Assembly: GCA_031370005.1 (NCBI GenBank)
Contig: JANMPT010000024.1
Span: 64,001-128,000 of the forward strand
Source: Bdellovibrionales bacterium
GTDB lineage: Bacteria > Bdellovibrionota > Bdellovibrionia > Bdellovibrionales > Bdellovibrionaceae
Reading direction: 5' to 3'
Length of the DNA stretch: 64,000 bases
The position numbers were made by a program, and so were the translations under genes. Under the pieces are notes generated by a model, which saw only the letters and a list, made by a program, of their open reading frames with translations, did not search any database and was not told where the DNA came from. Below, one piece after another: positions 1 through 8,847 of the stretch. Position 1 is the stretch's first letter; every line of letters begins with the position of its first letter.

Positions 1-5
1 AAACG

Positions 6-1019
6 ATGACTTTGTGGCACAGCCTTTGGGCTTTGATTTTTTTGATTCCATTAGTCGCGATTCTGGTTTGGAACTTTTTGCATCGCAAAAGAAAAATCCC
101 CTCACTTCAATTTAGTTCTTTGAAGCTAATTAAAATGATTCCGCCAGGCTTCCGTACGCGGTTGATGATTGTTCCAACTTTACTAAAAGCCATAGCCTTA
201 ACTCTGGCAATTATTGCTTTGGCGCGTCCTCAAGAGGCCAACACCAAGGTGAAAAAGAATATTGAGGGGATTGATATTGTAATTTGTTTAGATATTTCTG
301 ACAGTATGTTGATTGAAGATATGAAACCAATGAATCGGCTCGAGGCAGCAAAGGACACAATTCGTCAGTTCATTGAGAAAAGAAGCTCAGACCGCATTGG
401 CCTGGTGGTCTTTGCCGGCGAGTCTTTTACGCTTGTACCTTTGACTTTGGATTATCAATTAATACTTGAACGCGTAAAAGAAATTACCACTGCTGCAAGT
501 GCGAATATCAAAGATGGAACAGCAATTGGCGTTGCACTAGCAAACGCCGCAGGCCGCTTGAAGGATTCCACTGCAAAAAGTCGCATTATGATCTTTATGA
601 CTGATGGTGAAAACAACAGCGGAACCATAGATCCTGAAACGGGTCTTGAGATCGCCAAGGGTTATGGTCTTAAGATTTATTCAATAGGTATGGGCAAAGA
701 CGGCCCCACAAAAATTCCTATTTATCAACGTGATATCTTCGGCAATAAGGTTAAAACCTATCAGCCCTTTGACAGCACTGTGAACGATGATCTTTTAAGT
801 CGTATGGCCAAAGACACGGGGGGCAAATACTTCCGCGCGTCTAAAGAGGATTCCTTGGGTGGAATTTTTAAAGAGATAGATTCACTTGAGAAGTCAAAAG
901 TGGATGTGAATAAGTACACTCGTTATACGGAGCTGTTCTCACCATATTTAAAAATGGCATTGATCCTTTATTTAATGGCAGTCTTTTTGGCAAAAACCTT
1001 TTTAAGGAGACTGCCATAA
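6..1019 (+). CDS. batA: BatA-like vWA domain membrane protein
   Basis: N-terminal TM plus LARPQ motif, MIDAS DISDSM, GTAIG, TDGENN, C-terminal TM; first of four overlapping bat-like genes. Confidence 0.9.
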   Translation: MTLWHSLWALIFLIPLVAILVWNFLHRKRKIPSLQFSSLKLIKMIPPGFRTRLMIVPTLLKAIALTLAIIALARPQEANTKVKKNIEGIDIVICLDISDSMLIEDMKPMNRLEAAKDTIRQFIEKRSSDRIGLVVFAGESFTLVPLTLDYQLILERVKEITTAASANIKDGTAIGVALANAAGRLKDSTAKSRIMIFMTDGENNSGTIDPETGLEIAKGYGLKIYSIGMGKDGPTKIPIYQRDIFGNKVKTYQPFDSTVNDDLLSRMAKDTGGKYFRASKEDSLGGIFKEIDSLEKSKVDVNKYTRYTELFSPYLKMALILYLMAVFLAKTFLRRLP

Positions 1020-2080
1020 TGCGCTTTGAAAATCCCCTGGCCTTTTATTTTCTTTGGGCGATTCCATTTTTATGGATTCTTGCGGTGCTTTTCAAAAGAC
1101 ATATGGCGAAAAAAATGTCTCAGGCAATTGGCCCAAGGCTTTACCCTTTTCTTATAAGCTCGGTATCGAATCGAAAAAAAAATATAAAGCAGGTTTTACA
1201 AAGCCTTGTGATTTTATTTTTTGTGATTGCTCTGGCACGTCCACAATTGGGTCAAAGCATGCAAGAGATTAAGAGCGAGGGTGTCGAGATCATGTTCGTG
1301 GTCGATGTCTCCGAAAGTATGTTAGCTGAAGACGTCCGGCCAAGTCGGCTTGAGCAGGCAAAAACTGATCTCAGCCGACTTTTGGATCTCATGCCTGGGA
1401 ATCGCGTTGGTGTAATAGCCTTTGCTGGCTCTGCAGGTGTTTTATCGCCCTTATCAAATGATCCCAATGCGACAAAAATGTATCTTGAGTCCTTGAGCAC
1501 AAGTTCAGTGAGCACTCAAGGGACTAGCTTTGAGGAGGCATTGAAGTTAGCGGCTGATTCTTTTAAGCGGGGAGGGCTAGCTGATGATGATACCGCGAAA
1601 GTTACTCGTGTGATTCTAATTGCCTCTGACGGGGAAGATCACGAGCCTGGTGCCATTGAGGGCTCAAAAAAATTGGCGGAACAAGGTATAAAGATTTTCA
1701 CCTTAGCTTATGGGACAGAAAAAGGTGGTCCAATTCCGATAAAGGATGAGATGGGTTTTTGGAAATCCAATAAAAAGGATCGCTCCGGTCAAACAATCAT
1801 AACGCGTGTAAAAGGTGATGAGCTTCGCGCCCTTGCCCAAGCAGGCGAGGGGTCCTTCTATTTTGCAACTTATGGCAGTGATTATATTAAAAACGTCGCT
1901 GATGATATTTCAAAGCTGGAGAAGGCTGAGTTTGAATCGAAGATGGCTGTTCAGTACGAAGAACGTTTTCAGTTATTTTTGATGATAGGAATTTTTCTGG
2001 GGCTTATTGAGTTATTCTTAGGAGAGCGCCGCGCCTCTTTCCGTCTATGGAAAGGACGATATGAGGTGCCACCAGCATGA
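1019..2080 (+). CDS. batB: BatB-like vWA domain protein
   Basis: MRFENP start, LARPQ, DVSESM MIDAS, SDGEDH; start overlaps the batA stop. Confidence 0.88.
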   Translation: MRFENPLAFYFLWAIPFLWILAVLFKRHMAKKMSQAIGPRLYPFLISSVSNRKKNIKQVLQSLVILFFVIALARPQLGQSMQEIKSEGVEIMFVVDVSESMLAEDVRPSRLEQAKTDLSRLLDLMPGNRVGVIAFAGSAGVLSPLSNDPNATKMYLESLSTSSVSTQGTSFEEALKLAADSFKRGGLADDDTAKVTRVILIASDGEDHEPGAIEGSKKLAEQGIKIFTLAYGTEKGGPIPIKDEMGFWKSNKKDRSGQTIITRVKGDELRALAQAGEGSFYFATYGSDYIKNVADDISKLEKAEFESKMAVQYEERFQLFLMIGIFLGLIELFLGERRASFRLWKGRYEVPPA

Positions 2081-2844
2081 GCAGAGCCTGGAGTGTGATC
2101 CTAACAATTGGAATGCTGATTTTATCAGCGATTTTCTTAAACTGGAGCGGACTCCTTCAGTCTCCGCGTTTTCCACATATAAAGAGCTTGATTCTCAATC
2201 GTCAGGGAAATCACCAGCTAAAGGCGCAGAATTACTCTTCGGCCCTAGAATCTTATGTAAAGATTCTTGAGTTTGACCCCTTTGCTTCTGAGATACATTT
2301 GGATTTGGGTCTTACTTATGAGGGACAACAGCAGCCTGAAAAAGCGATGTCCTCTTATCAGAATTCTTTGAAATACGCCATGAACAATGAAATGAAATTT
2401 ATAAGTCTTTTTAATCAAGCTCAGCTTTTTGGAAAAGATAAAAAAGTAGATGAGGCCCTGGAGCTATATCAGAAAGCCTTGGCTTTTGATCCGACTTCAA
2501 AAGAGGTAAAAACTAATATTGAACTTTTGATGCAGCAGCAACAGCAGCAGAAGGAGGATGGTCAGGAAAATAAAGAAAAAAATCAGGACCAAAAAGATAA
2601 TAAGGACAATAAAGATCAAAAAGGCCAGGGTAAAGACGAAAAAGACGATAAGGGCAAAGACGAAAAAGACAAACAGCAGTTCGGCCAAAATCAAAAATAC
2701 AAGCCACGGCCATTTAAGGGACAGGAACTCTCTGAAGGGGATGTGAAAAAGATTTTGGGAGAGATCAAGCAGCAAGAACAAAAAATTCGTTCCGAGTACA
2801 ATCGTAAAGAAGTGAAGGAGCAGCCACGTGACAAGGATTGGTAA
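2077..2844 (+). CDS. batC: BatC-like TPR protein with Q/K/D-rich linker
   Basis: TPR repeats, poly-Q and charged linker, C-terminal KDW typical of BatC. Confidence 0.85.
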   Translation: MSRAWSVILTIGMLILSAIFLNWSGLLQSPRFPHIKSLILNRQGNHQLKAQNYSSALESYVKILEFDPFASEIHLDLGLTYEGQQQPEKAMSSYQNSLKYAMNNEMKFISLFNQAQLFGKDKKVDEALELYQKALAFDPTSKEVKTNIELLMQQQQQQKEDGQENKEKNQDQKDNKDNKDQKGQGKDEKDDKGKDEKDKQQFGQNQKYKPRPFKGQELSEGDVKKILGEIKQQEQKIRSEYNRKEVKEQPRDKDW

Positions 2845-4858
2845 ATATATATCTCTTATTTTTTTGTTGACGTGTTTTGTCGTTCCGGCTTGGGCAAAAG
2901 TGAACGTTCAGGCGGTGGTGGATCGTAATGAAATGAGTGTTGGAGACTCCTTCACTCTGACCGTGTCTGTGAGTTCGGATGAATCTGTCGATGTCAAAGA
3001 GCCTCGGGCTCCAGATATGGAAGGCTTTGAGCTTTTAAACAGCTGGCAGTCGAGTAGCACTTCTCAGCGTCTGGTAAACGGATCTGGTGGAATGCAATTT
3101 GAAGTGCAACGTCGCAAAGATTTTAATTATCTTTTAGCCCCGCGAAAAAAAGGCACTTATAGCGTGGGTGCTTTCGAAGTAGTTGTTGATGGCAAAGTAT
3201 ATAATAGCCAACCGATAACAATATCTGTGGGCGAAGCCGGCAGTAATCCTAGTCGAGGGGCTAAAGGTCAACAAGGACTTGGGCGTCGTCAAACCTTACC
3301 TGGATTTGGCAATATGCCAGGCGCTGATATCGCGGACGAAATGGATCGTGCCGAAGAGGAACTTTTCAATCAGCTCTTGCAGCGGCGGCAACAAGGCGGC
3401 GGTGGCAGTGGAGGTGGAAGTATCGGCAACGGCAGTAGGGGACGGTCTCAGCCCGAGCCTCAATATAGATCTTTACCAACAAACCCTAACGAAGCCTTTT
3501 TTATCCAAGTCGAGGTGGATAAGACTGAGGTCTACGAAGGAGAGCAGGTCACAGCGAGCTGGTATATTTATACTCGCGGACAAATGGAAAGCTTGGATCG
3601 CTTGAAATTCCCCGATCTGAAAGGATTTTGGAAAGAGATTATTGAAGAAGTTCCTTCCATTCAATTTAGTGAAGAGATCATTAACGGAGTAGTTTATAAA
3701 AAAGCTTTATTAGCATCCCATGCGCTGTTTCCAATCAAACCCGGTGTTGCAGTGATTGATGAATATAAAATCAAATCGCGAGTGCGAGTGCCGACCCAGG
3801 GATATGGTGGATTCGGTTTTGCACAAGCCTATGAGTTCACAAAAAGTTCTCAGCGTGTAAAAATCAATGTGAAACCTTTACCAACAGAAGGGCGCCCTTC
3901 CAATTTTTCAGGAGCGGTAGGGCAGTTTGATGTTCATGCAAGTGTTGATGGCCAAGCGATCTTGGTGAATCAGCCATTTAGTTTGAAAGTTCGATTTGAG
4001 GGTACTGGCAATGCAAAATTAATCGAGCTTCCAGCCATTGATTGGCCTAAGACGGTTGAGGTTTATGATACGAAGTCAGATGCCAAATTTTTTAAGAATG
4101 GTCGCAGTTTTAAAGAGTTCGAAATACTTTTGATTCCTCGTCAAGAAGGGGAGCTAAGGATCCCGGCAATTAGCGTTGGCACTTTTGATCCTCAGGCAAA
4201 AAAATACGTCAATCGTGAGACTCAAGAAATTGTTTTACATGTAGATCCAAACCCTAATGCCCCTTCTGGCAATGTGGGCAACACGGCCGGTACAGCAAAA
4301 AACCCACAGGCTGCAATAGCAAAAATAAACCCATTGAATGGGAGTGTCTTGCCCGATTTGATTTTAACTTGGGAAGAGCCCGGTAAATTCAATATGGCCT
4401 CTCAACCCTTCTTTTGGAGTGGTATCTATGCGCTAGTGGCAATTTTTCTAGTGTGGAGATCCAAGGCAGAGCTTGGCTGGGGGCGCCGGCATCAGAACTT
4501 AAGAGAACTTGTGAACAAGCGTTACAAGAAAGTAGACGCTTTGCTTAAGAAGAATGACTATCGCGGAATTGGTGCGGAGATGATGAATATTTTTAATCTT
4601 GTTTTAGGAACAATTTCAGGCCAAGAGGCCTCTGGTCTTGAGCTTGAAAGAATGTTAGAGCGCATTCCACCAAGCCTTCGCCGTGATCATGGCGAAGCTG
4701 TGAAAAAACAGTATGATATCTTTCAGGTAATGAGCTTTGCTCCAGAAAATATGCTTGGAATCTACAAACAAGTGAGCGCTGTTCAAAAAGAAGTGGAATC
4801 TTCGAAATCCTTATTACAGAAACTAATTAATTCAAATCCTGAACAGAACGAAGTTTAA
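2828..4858 (+). CDS. batD: BatD family protein
   Basis: Signal peptide, VDRNEMSVGDSFTLTV, VDKTEVYEGEQV, GAVGQF repeats, late TM; operon position. Confidence 0.88.
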   Translation: MTRIGKYISLIFLLTCFVVPAWAKVNVQAVVDRNEMSVGDSFTLTVSVSSDESVDVKEPRAPDMEGFELLNSWQSSSTSQRLVNGSGGMQFEVQRRKDFNYLLAPRKKGTYSVGAFEVVVDGKVYNSQPITISVGEAGSNPSRGAKGQQGLGRRQTLPGFGNMPGADIADEMDRAEEELFNQLLQRRQQGGGGSGGGSIGNGSRGRSQPEPQYRSLPTNPNEAFFIQVEVDKTEVYEGEQVTASWYIYTRGQMESLDRLKFPDLKGFWKEIIEEVPSIQFSEEIINGVVYKKALLASHALFPIKPGVAVIDEYKIKSRVRVPTQGYGGFGFAQAYEFTKSSQRVKINVKPLPTEGRPSNFSGAVGQFDVHASVDGQAILVNQPFSLKVRFEGTGNAKLIELPAIDWPKTVEVYDTKSDAKFFKNGRSFKEFEILLIPRQEGELRIPAISVGTFDPQAKKYVNRETQEIVLHVDPNPNAPSGNVGNTAGTAKNPQAAIAKINPLNGSVLPDLILTWEEPGKFNMASQPFFWSGIYALVAIFLVWRSKAELGWGRRHQNLRELVNKRYKKVDALLKKNDYRGIGAEMMNIFNLVLGTISGQEASGLELERMLERIPPSLRRDHGEAVKKQYDIFQVMSFAPENMLGIYKQVSAVQKEVESSKSLLQKLINSNPEQNEV

Positions 4859-5536
4859 CAGATGCAGAGCCTCTGATCTTGGTGGTCTCAGCCCTCGACG
4901 AGATCCTATATAAAGTGGGATCTCTTGGGCCTTGAGTCCTTTTATTTGGATAACTCTTTGAACTTCTTGAGTCCAATGCCAGCCGCAGCTTTTAAGATCA
5001 TTTTCAATCTTCTCAAAGCTCGTACGACGAAGCCCTAGAGTTGGGCAGAAAGGGTCTGCAAACCTCCAGGGTGTCTTTTCTTTCAGAACTCCCATAAAGA
5101 ATTTTTCAAGTACACTTTCTTTAGCTTTTTGGTTTTCAAGATTTTTTTTTGCCTTAAATCGATTTCCGAAGATAACTTCGGTACTTTGGTCTGAGAAAAA
5201 AACTTCAAGCATTTTAAAGATCTCACTCAATGGTGCCGCCAGATCAAGGTCTGTAGCGACGAGAATATCGCCACTGGATTTTGCAAATAGCATTTGAAGA
5301 TTTTTGGCACGACTTGAACTTTTTTTGTTTTCCATAATGCGATAGTGTGGATATCTTTCAACAAATGACTGCAGCAGGGACAGACTTTGGTCTTGACCAG
5401 GGTTTAATGCGAAGAGGACTTCGTAAAATATTGGAAACTTTTGGAAGAACTTGCTGAGATTTTCATGAAAATCCTGAAGCTGGCCCACGTCAGCGCAAAT
5501 GGGAACACACAGAGATAGTTGAGGGCGTGGAGTCAT
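4832..5536 (-). CDS. Glycosyltransferase family 2 (polyprenol-phosphate sugar synthase-like), divergent
   Basis: LSLCVP start, GDILVATDLDL (DxD), VIFGNR, DPFC motif. Confidence 0.75.
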   Translation of the reverse strand: MTPRPQLSLCVPICADVGQLQDFHENLSKFFQKFPIFYEVLFALNPGQDQSLSLLQSFVERYPHYRIMENKKSSSRAKNLQMLFAKSSGDILVATDLDLAAPLSEIFKMLEVFFSDQSTEVIFGNRFKAKKNLENQKAKESVLEKFFMGVLKEKTPWRFADPFCPTLGLRRTSFEKIENDLKSCGWHWTQEVQRVIQIKGLKAQEIPLYIGSRRGLRPPRSEALHLLNFVLFRI

Positions 5537-5578
5537 TTTTCACTTTTCCTTATGAGCTGCGAATCCTAGAATAACTTC

Positions 5579-7129
5579 ATGGCAAAATTCCTTACAAACT
5601 TCAAAGAAAAAGCATTCAGCAATCCATTTTTGAGCACTTTAAGTTTTATTTTTTTGTTGTTTGCAGCGCTCACCCGCTTTTTATATCTTAATAACAAGCC
5701 CATTCACTTTGATGAAAGCATCAATATGTGGTTCGTTCAAAAGATTTGGGAAGAGGGCTTCTTCACTTATGATCCGACCAACTATCATGGCCCTTTGATG
5801 TTCTATCTTATTCAGTTCGTTCAGCTTTTCACAGGTTTTGATTTTTTAAGTACTCGTTGGGTGGCGGCGATTTTTTCATTTTTGACCCTGCTTATTTTGT
5901 GGTTTGGCCCTGTTTCGCAAAGAAAGGCCCTTCGTTGGTCAGCGGTTTTTTTATTGATGAGTCCTGCCATGGGATTTTATGGTCGTTCTGGGATTCACGA
6001 GTCTGCCTTCGTGTTTTTCCAGGTTTTAGGTATTCTATCATTTTATTTTCTGACAGAGCGAGAGTTTAAGAAATTCTGGTGGACATTTGGGGGCTCACTT
6101 CTTGGCATGATGGCCCTCAAAGAGACTTTTGTAATTTTGCTTATAGCAGTAATGCCCGCAATGCTTATGGTCTGGTACTTTGAAAGGCGCACATTAAAAA
6201 TTCAAAAGTGGTATCAAGATATGCTGACGAGTCTTCAGCAGCGAGAGGTCTATTTACCCCTGCTTGTTATGTTTATAATATTCCTTGGGCTCTACTCTGG
6301 CTTCGGTGCACATCCAAAAGGACTCATCGATTTTTTTATTGCCCTGATTCCTTGGTTAAAAACTGGTGTTCACGGCAATGGTCACGAAAAAGGATTCTTC
6401 CATTGGAGTGAACTCATAATCAGAAATGAGTATGCTATCCTGGCATGTTGCTTCGCAGCCCTTGCGTTTATAAAGAAAAACAAATGGCTTCGATTTTATT
6501 TCATTTTGAGTTTCTTTTTATGGCTGATTTACTCATTGATTCCATATAAAACGCCATGGTGTCTTATCTCGATTCTTTGGCCATTTGCTATGGTAGCGGG
6601 CTTTGGCGTGGATGAGCTAATTAAAAAATTTATAGCTTGGAAGAGGATTCCGATTTACTTGGCTCTGTTCGTTCTATTTTATGGAGAGTCCCTTCGTATG
6701 TATGAACTCATGTATCAAAATCCAATCAATATGAATCATCCGTATGTTTACGTGAATTCGACCTACCAGATGAAAGAGTTTATTGAGAAGACACAGGCGT
6801 TGATAAAAGAAAATCCACTTTTACGAGAACAAACTGTACAGATTGGGACGGAAGAGTCTTGGCCAGTGCAGATTGTTTTTCATGATTTTTATTTTTTAAG
6901 TTACTATCACCCCGACGCGCGCATTGAATCTGGGGCCTTGATTTATATGGTGGATACAAAAGATCAAGCAAGGATTGAAGCAAAACTAAAAGAGTACAAA
7001 CAAACAGTACTCTATCAAGTTTTTACATTAGACGTCAGACAGAGTCGTACGCCGATTTTGGTGTATTTAAAGAAAAACTATTTCAAAAATAAATTCTCTT
7101 GGAAGCTAGAAGAAGTAGGCGCCTTATGA
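5579..7129 (+). CDS. GT-C membrane glycosyltransferase (TIGR03663/Agl23-like, PMT family)
   Basis: PIHFDE, YDPTNYHGP, KE and YKTPW motifs, many TM helices. Confidence 0.8.
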   Translation: MAKFLTNFKEKAFSNPFLSTLSFIFLLFAALTRFLYLNNKPIHFDESINMWFVQKIWEEGFFTYDPTNYHGPLMFYLIQFVQLFTGFDFLSTRWVAAIFSFLTLLILWFGPVSQRKALRWSAVFLLMSPAMGFYGRSGIHESAFVFFQVLGILSFYFLTEREFKKFWWTFGGSLLGMMALKETFVILLIAVMPAMLMVWYFERRTLKIQKWYQDMLTSLQQREVYLPLLVMFIIFLGLYSGFGAHPKGLIDFFIALIPWLKTGVHGNGHEKGFFHWSELIIRNEYAILACCFAALAFIKKNKWLRFYFILSFFLWLIYSLIPYKTPWCLISILWPFAMVAGFGVDELIKKFIAWKRIPIYLALFVLFYGESLRMYELMYQNPINMNHPYVYVNSTYQMKEFIEKTQALIKENPLLREQTVQIGTEESWPVQIVFHDFYFLSYYHPDARIESGALIYMVDTKDQARIEAKLKEYKQTVLYQVFTLDVRQSRTPILVYLKKNYFKNKFSWKLEEVGAL

Positions 7130-8835
7130 TTCCTTTTTCTTTACTCTTTTTGGGACTTAGTTCTTTGTTAGGATGTCTGGGGGCTTTGGCCAATGGTCAC
7201 CTAGTTCCGGTGATCAGCGCTAGTGCCCTGGTAATCGCCTTTGGTGTGTCCTTGTTTTTAGCCCGTGCGTTTAAGATGGAGTTGAAACCTCCCCCTGTAA
7301 GTATTCCGATTTTTATTTTATATACTCTGATTTTTTTTGGCATATATTTTCATTCGGTTTTTTTATTTTATCCAAAGGGAGGATTTTATTGGATCCAAGA
7401 TCAGTTCAATCTAGGTGATATGTCTTTTCACTGGGGCACGATTCGCTACTTGGGCAAAGGTGCAGATTTTTGGCCGGAGAATCCGATCTATATGGGCTAT
7501 CGCTTCAAATATCCTTTCGGAATGGATTTTTTTAACGCACTTTTTGAAAACTTGGGAATGAGTATAAATAGTCATTTGCCACTTGTGACATTGCTGGCGC
7601 TTGTGATGGGTTTTTATATTTTGCACATGACTGGTGGACCACTGTTAGTTTTTGCAATCTACTTTAGTGGTGGGATCTATAATTTTATGGCTCCAGGCAA
7701 TTGGGACGTGGGCCGAATCCAAGACTCTGTGGATTTTAAGAATCTATTTCTGACTGTTCTTTTAACGCAGAGAGGTTTCTTATATGCATTGCCCGCGGGC
7801 GTATTCTTGTATCGTGGCTTGCAGGAGTATTTTTCCGGTGCCTGGAAGCCAAATTCAACAGAAAAAATCAGTCTTGGGATTATTTGGGGAGCATTAGGTT
7901 TTTTTCACTTGCATAGCTTTTTCTTTGTGAGTTTGTATTTGGGAATTCTGATTCTTTGGAAAAAAGATTTAAAGAATTGGCTGCTTCCCATAGGTATTGC
8001 ATCGCTCTTAGGATTTCCCTTTGTCTTTAATGCGCTTGCTCCAGAGCCCGGAACTGCTTCACTGATTCACTTTAGTGCCCGGGGCTGGGCACGGCCTGAA
8101 AATGTAGGCTACTTCGAATACTGGGGAAAAAACCTAGGGCCTTGGATGATGGCGGTAATTGTCGCGATGGTCGCATTTTATCGACAAAAGAATTGGAACT
8201 CTTTGGTGCCAGTGGCTTTGGCCTTTGCTCTTTTTTTCATATTTTCTCATTTAATTTTGGCACCCTGGGATTGGGATAACATTAAGTTAATTATGTGGTG
8301 TTATACCTTCGCCATTATGGCCACTTCAGACTTTCTCTGGAACAATCGACGAGCGGGAGCAAAAGCCTTTGTGTTTTTATTTTTTATTCCGGGTCTTATG
8401 ATTTTTGTGCACTCTTTGCCTTTATATAATCACGGTATACAATGGGTCTCAGAAATGGAGCTCAATAAAGCTGAAGTACTGTTAAAAGGGCAAAATGTAA
8501 ATCAAGGTGTTTTAATTACTCCTGCCTACGAACACCCAGCATTATTACTGGGTTATAAATTATATATGGGTTATGTTGGCCACGTTTGGTCGCATGGTTA
8601 TAGTTATACAGAGCGTGAACAACTGGTGAATCGAATTTATGATGGTGACGGAAGCGGAGTGCAAAGTCTTGTTAATGATGGGCAGAAAAGCGATGGCTCG
8701 CCCAAAGGCCGGCCGAAGTTTGTTTATCGTGGACCACTGGAGAAGCGTCGAGAAAAGTTCACTTTTCCGCCTAAAGGGCTTTCAAAAGTCAACGAAGCTC
8801 TAGATCATGAATTATATCTTATAGAACAGAAATAG
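7126..8835 (+). CDS. Polytopic membrane protein, probable GT-C glycosyltransferase
   Basis: GDMSFH and YPFGMDF luminal motifs, about 12 TM; ATG at 7126 overlaps the previous stop (ATGA), so preferred over the 7099 start. Confidence 0.6.
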   Translation: MIPFSLLFLGLSSLLGCLGALANGHLVPVISASALVIAFGVSLFLARAFKMELKPPPVSIPIFILYTLIFFGIYFHSVFLFYPKGGFYWIQDQFNLGDMSFHWGTIRYLGKGADFWPENPIYMGYRFKYPFGMDFFNALFENLGMSINSHLPLVTLLALVMGFYILHMTGGPLLVFAIYFSGGIYNFMAPGNWDVGRIQDSVDFKNLFLTVLLTQRGFLYALPAGVFLYRGLQEYFSGAWKPNSTEKISLGIIWGALGFFHLHSFFFVSLYLGILILWKKDLKNWLLPIGIASLLGFPFVFNALAPEPGTASLIHFSARGWARPENVGYFEYWGKNLGPWMMAVIVAMVAFYRQKNWNSLVPVALAFALFFIFSHLILAPWDWDNIKLIMWCYTFAIMATSDFLWNNRRAGAKAFVFLFFIPGLMIFVHSLPLYNHGIQWVSEMELNKAEVLLKGQNVNQGVLITPAYEHPALLLGYKLYMGYVGHVWSHGYSYTEREQLVNRIYDGDGSGVQSLVNDGQKSDGSPKGRPKFVYRGPLEKRREKFTFPPKGLSKVNEALDHELYLIEQK

Positions 8836-8847
8836 GAGTGCTCACTC

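Noticed and set aside
2530..2700. CAG and AAAGAC-type repeats as a possible array or contingency locus
   Set aside because: In-frame low-complexity linker typical of BatC
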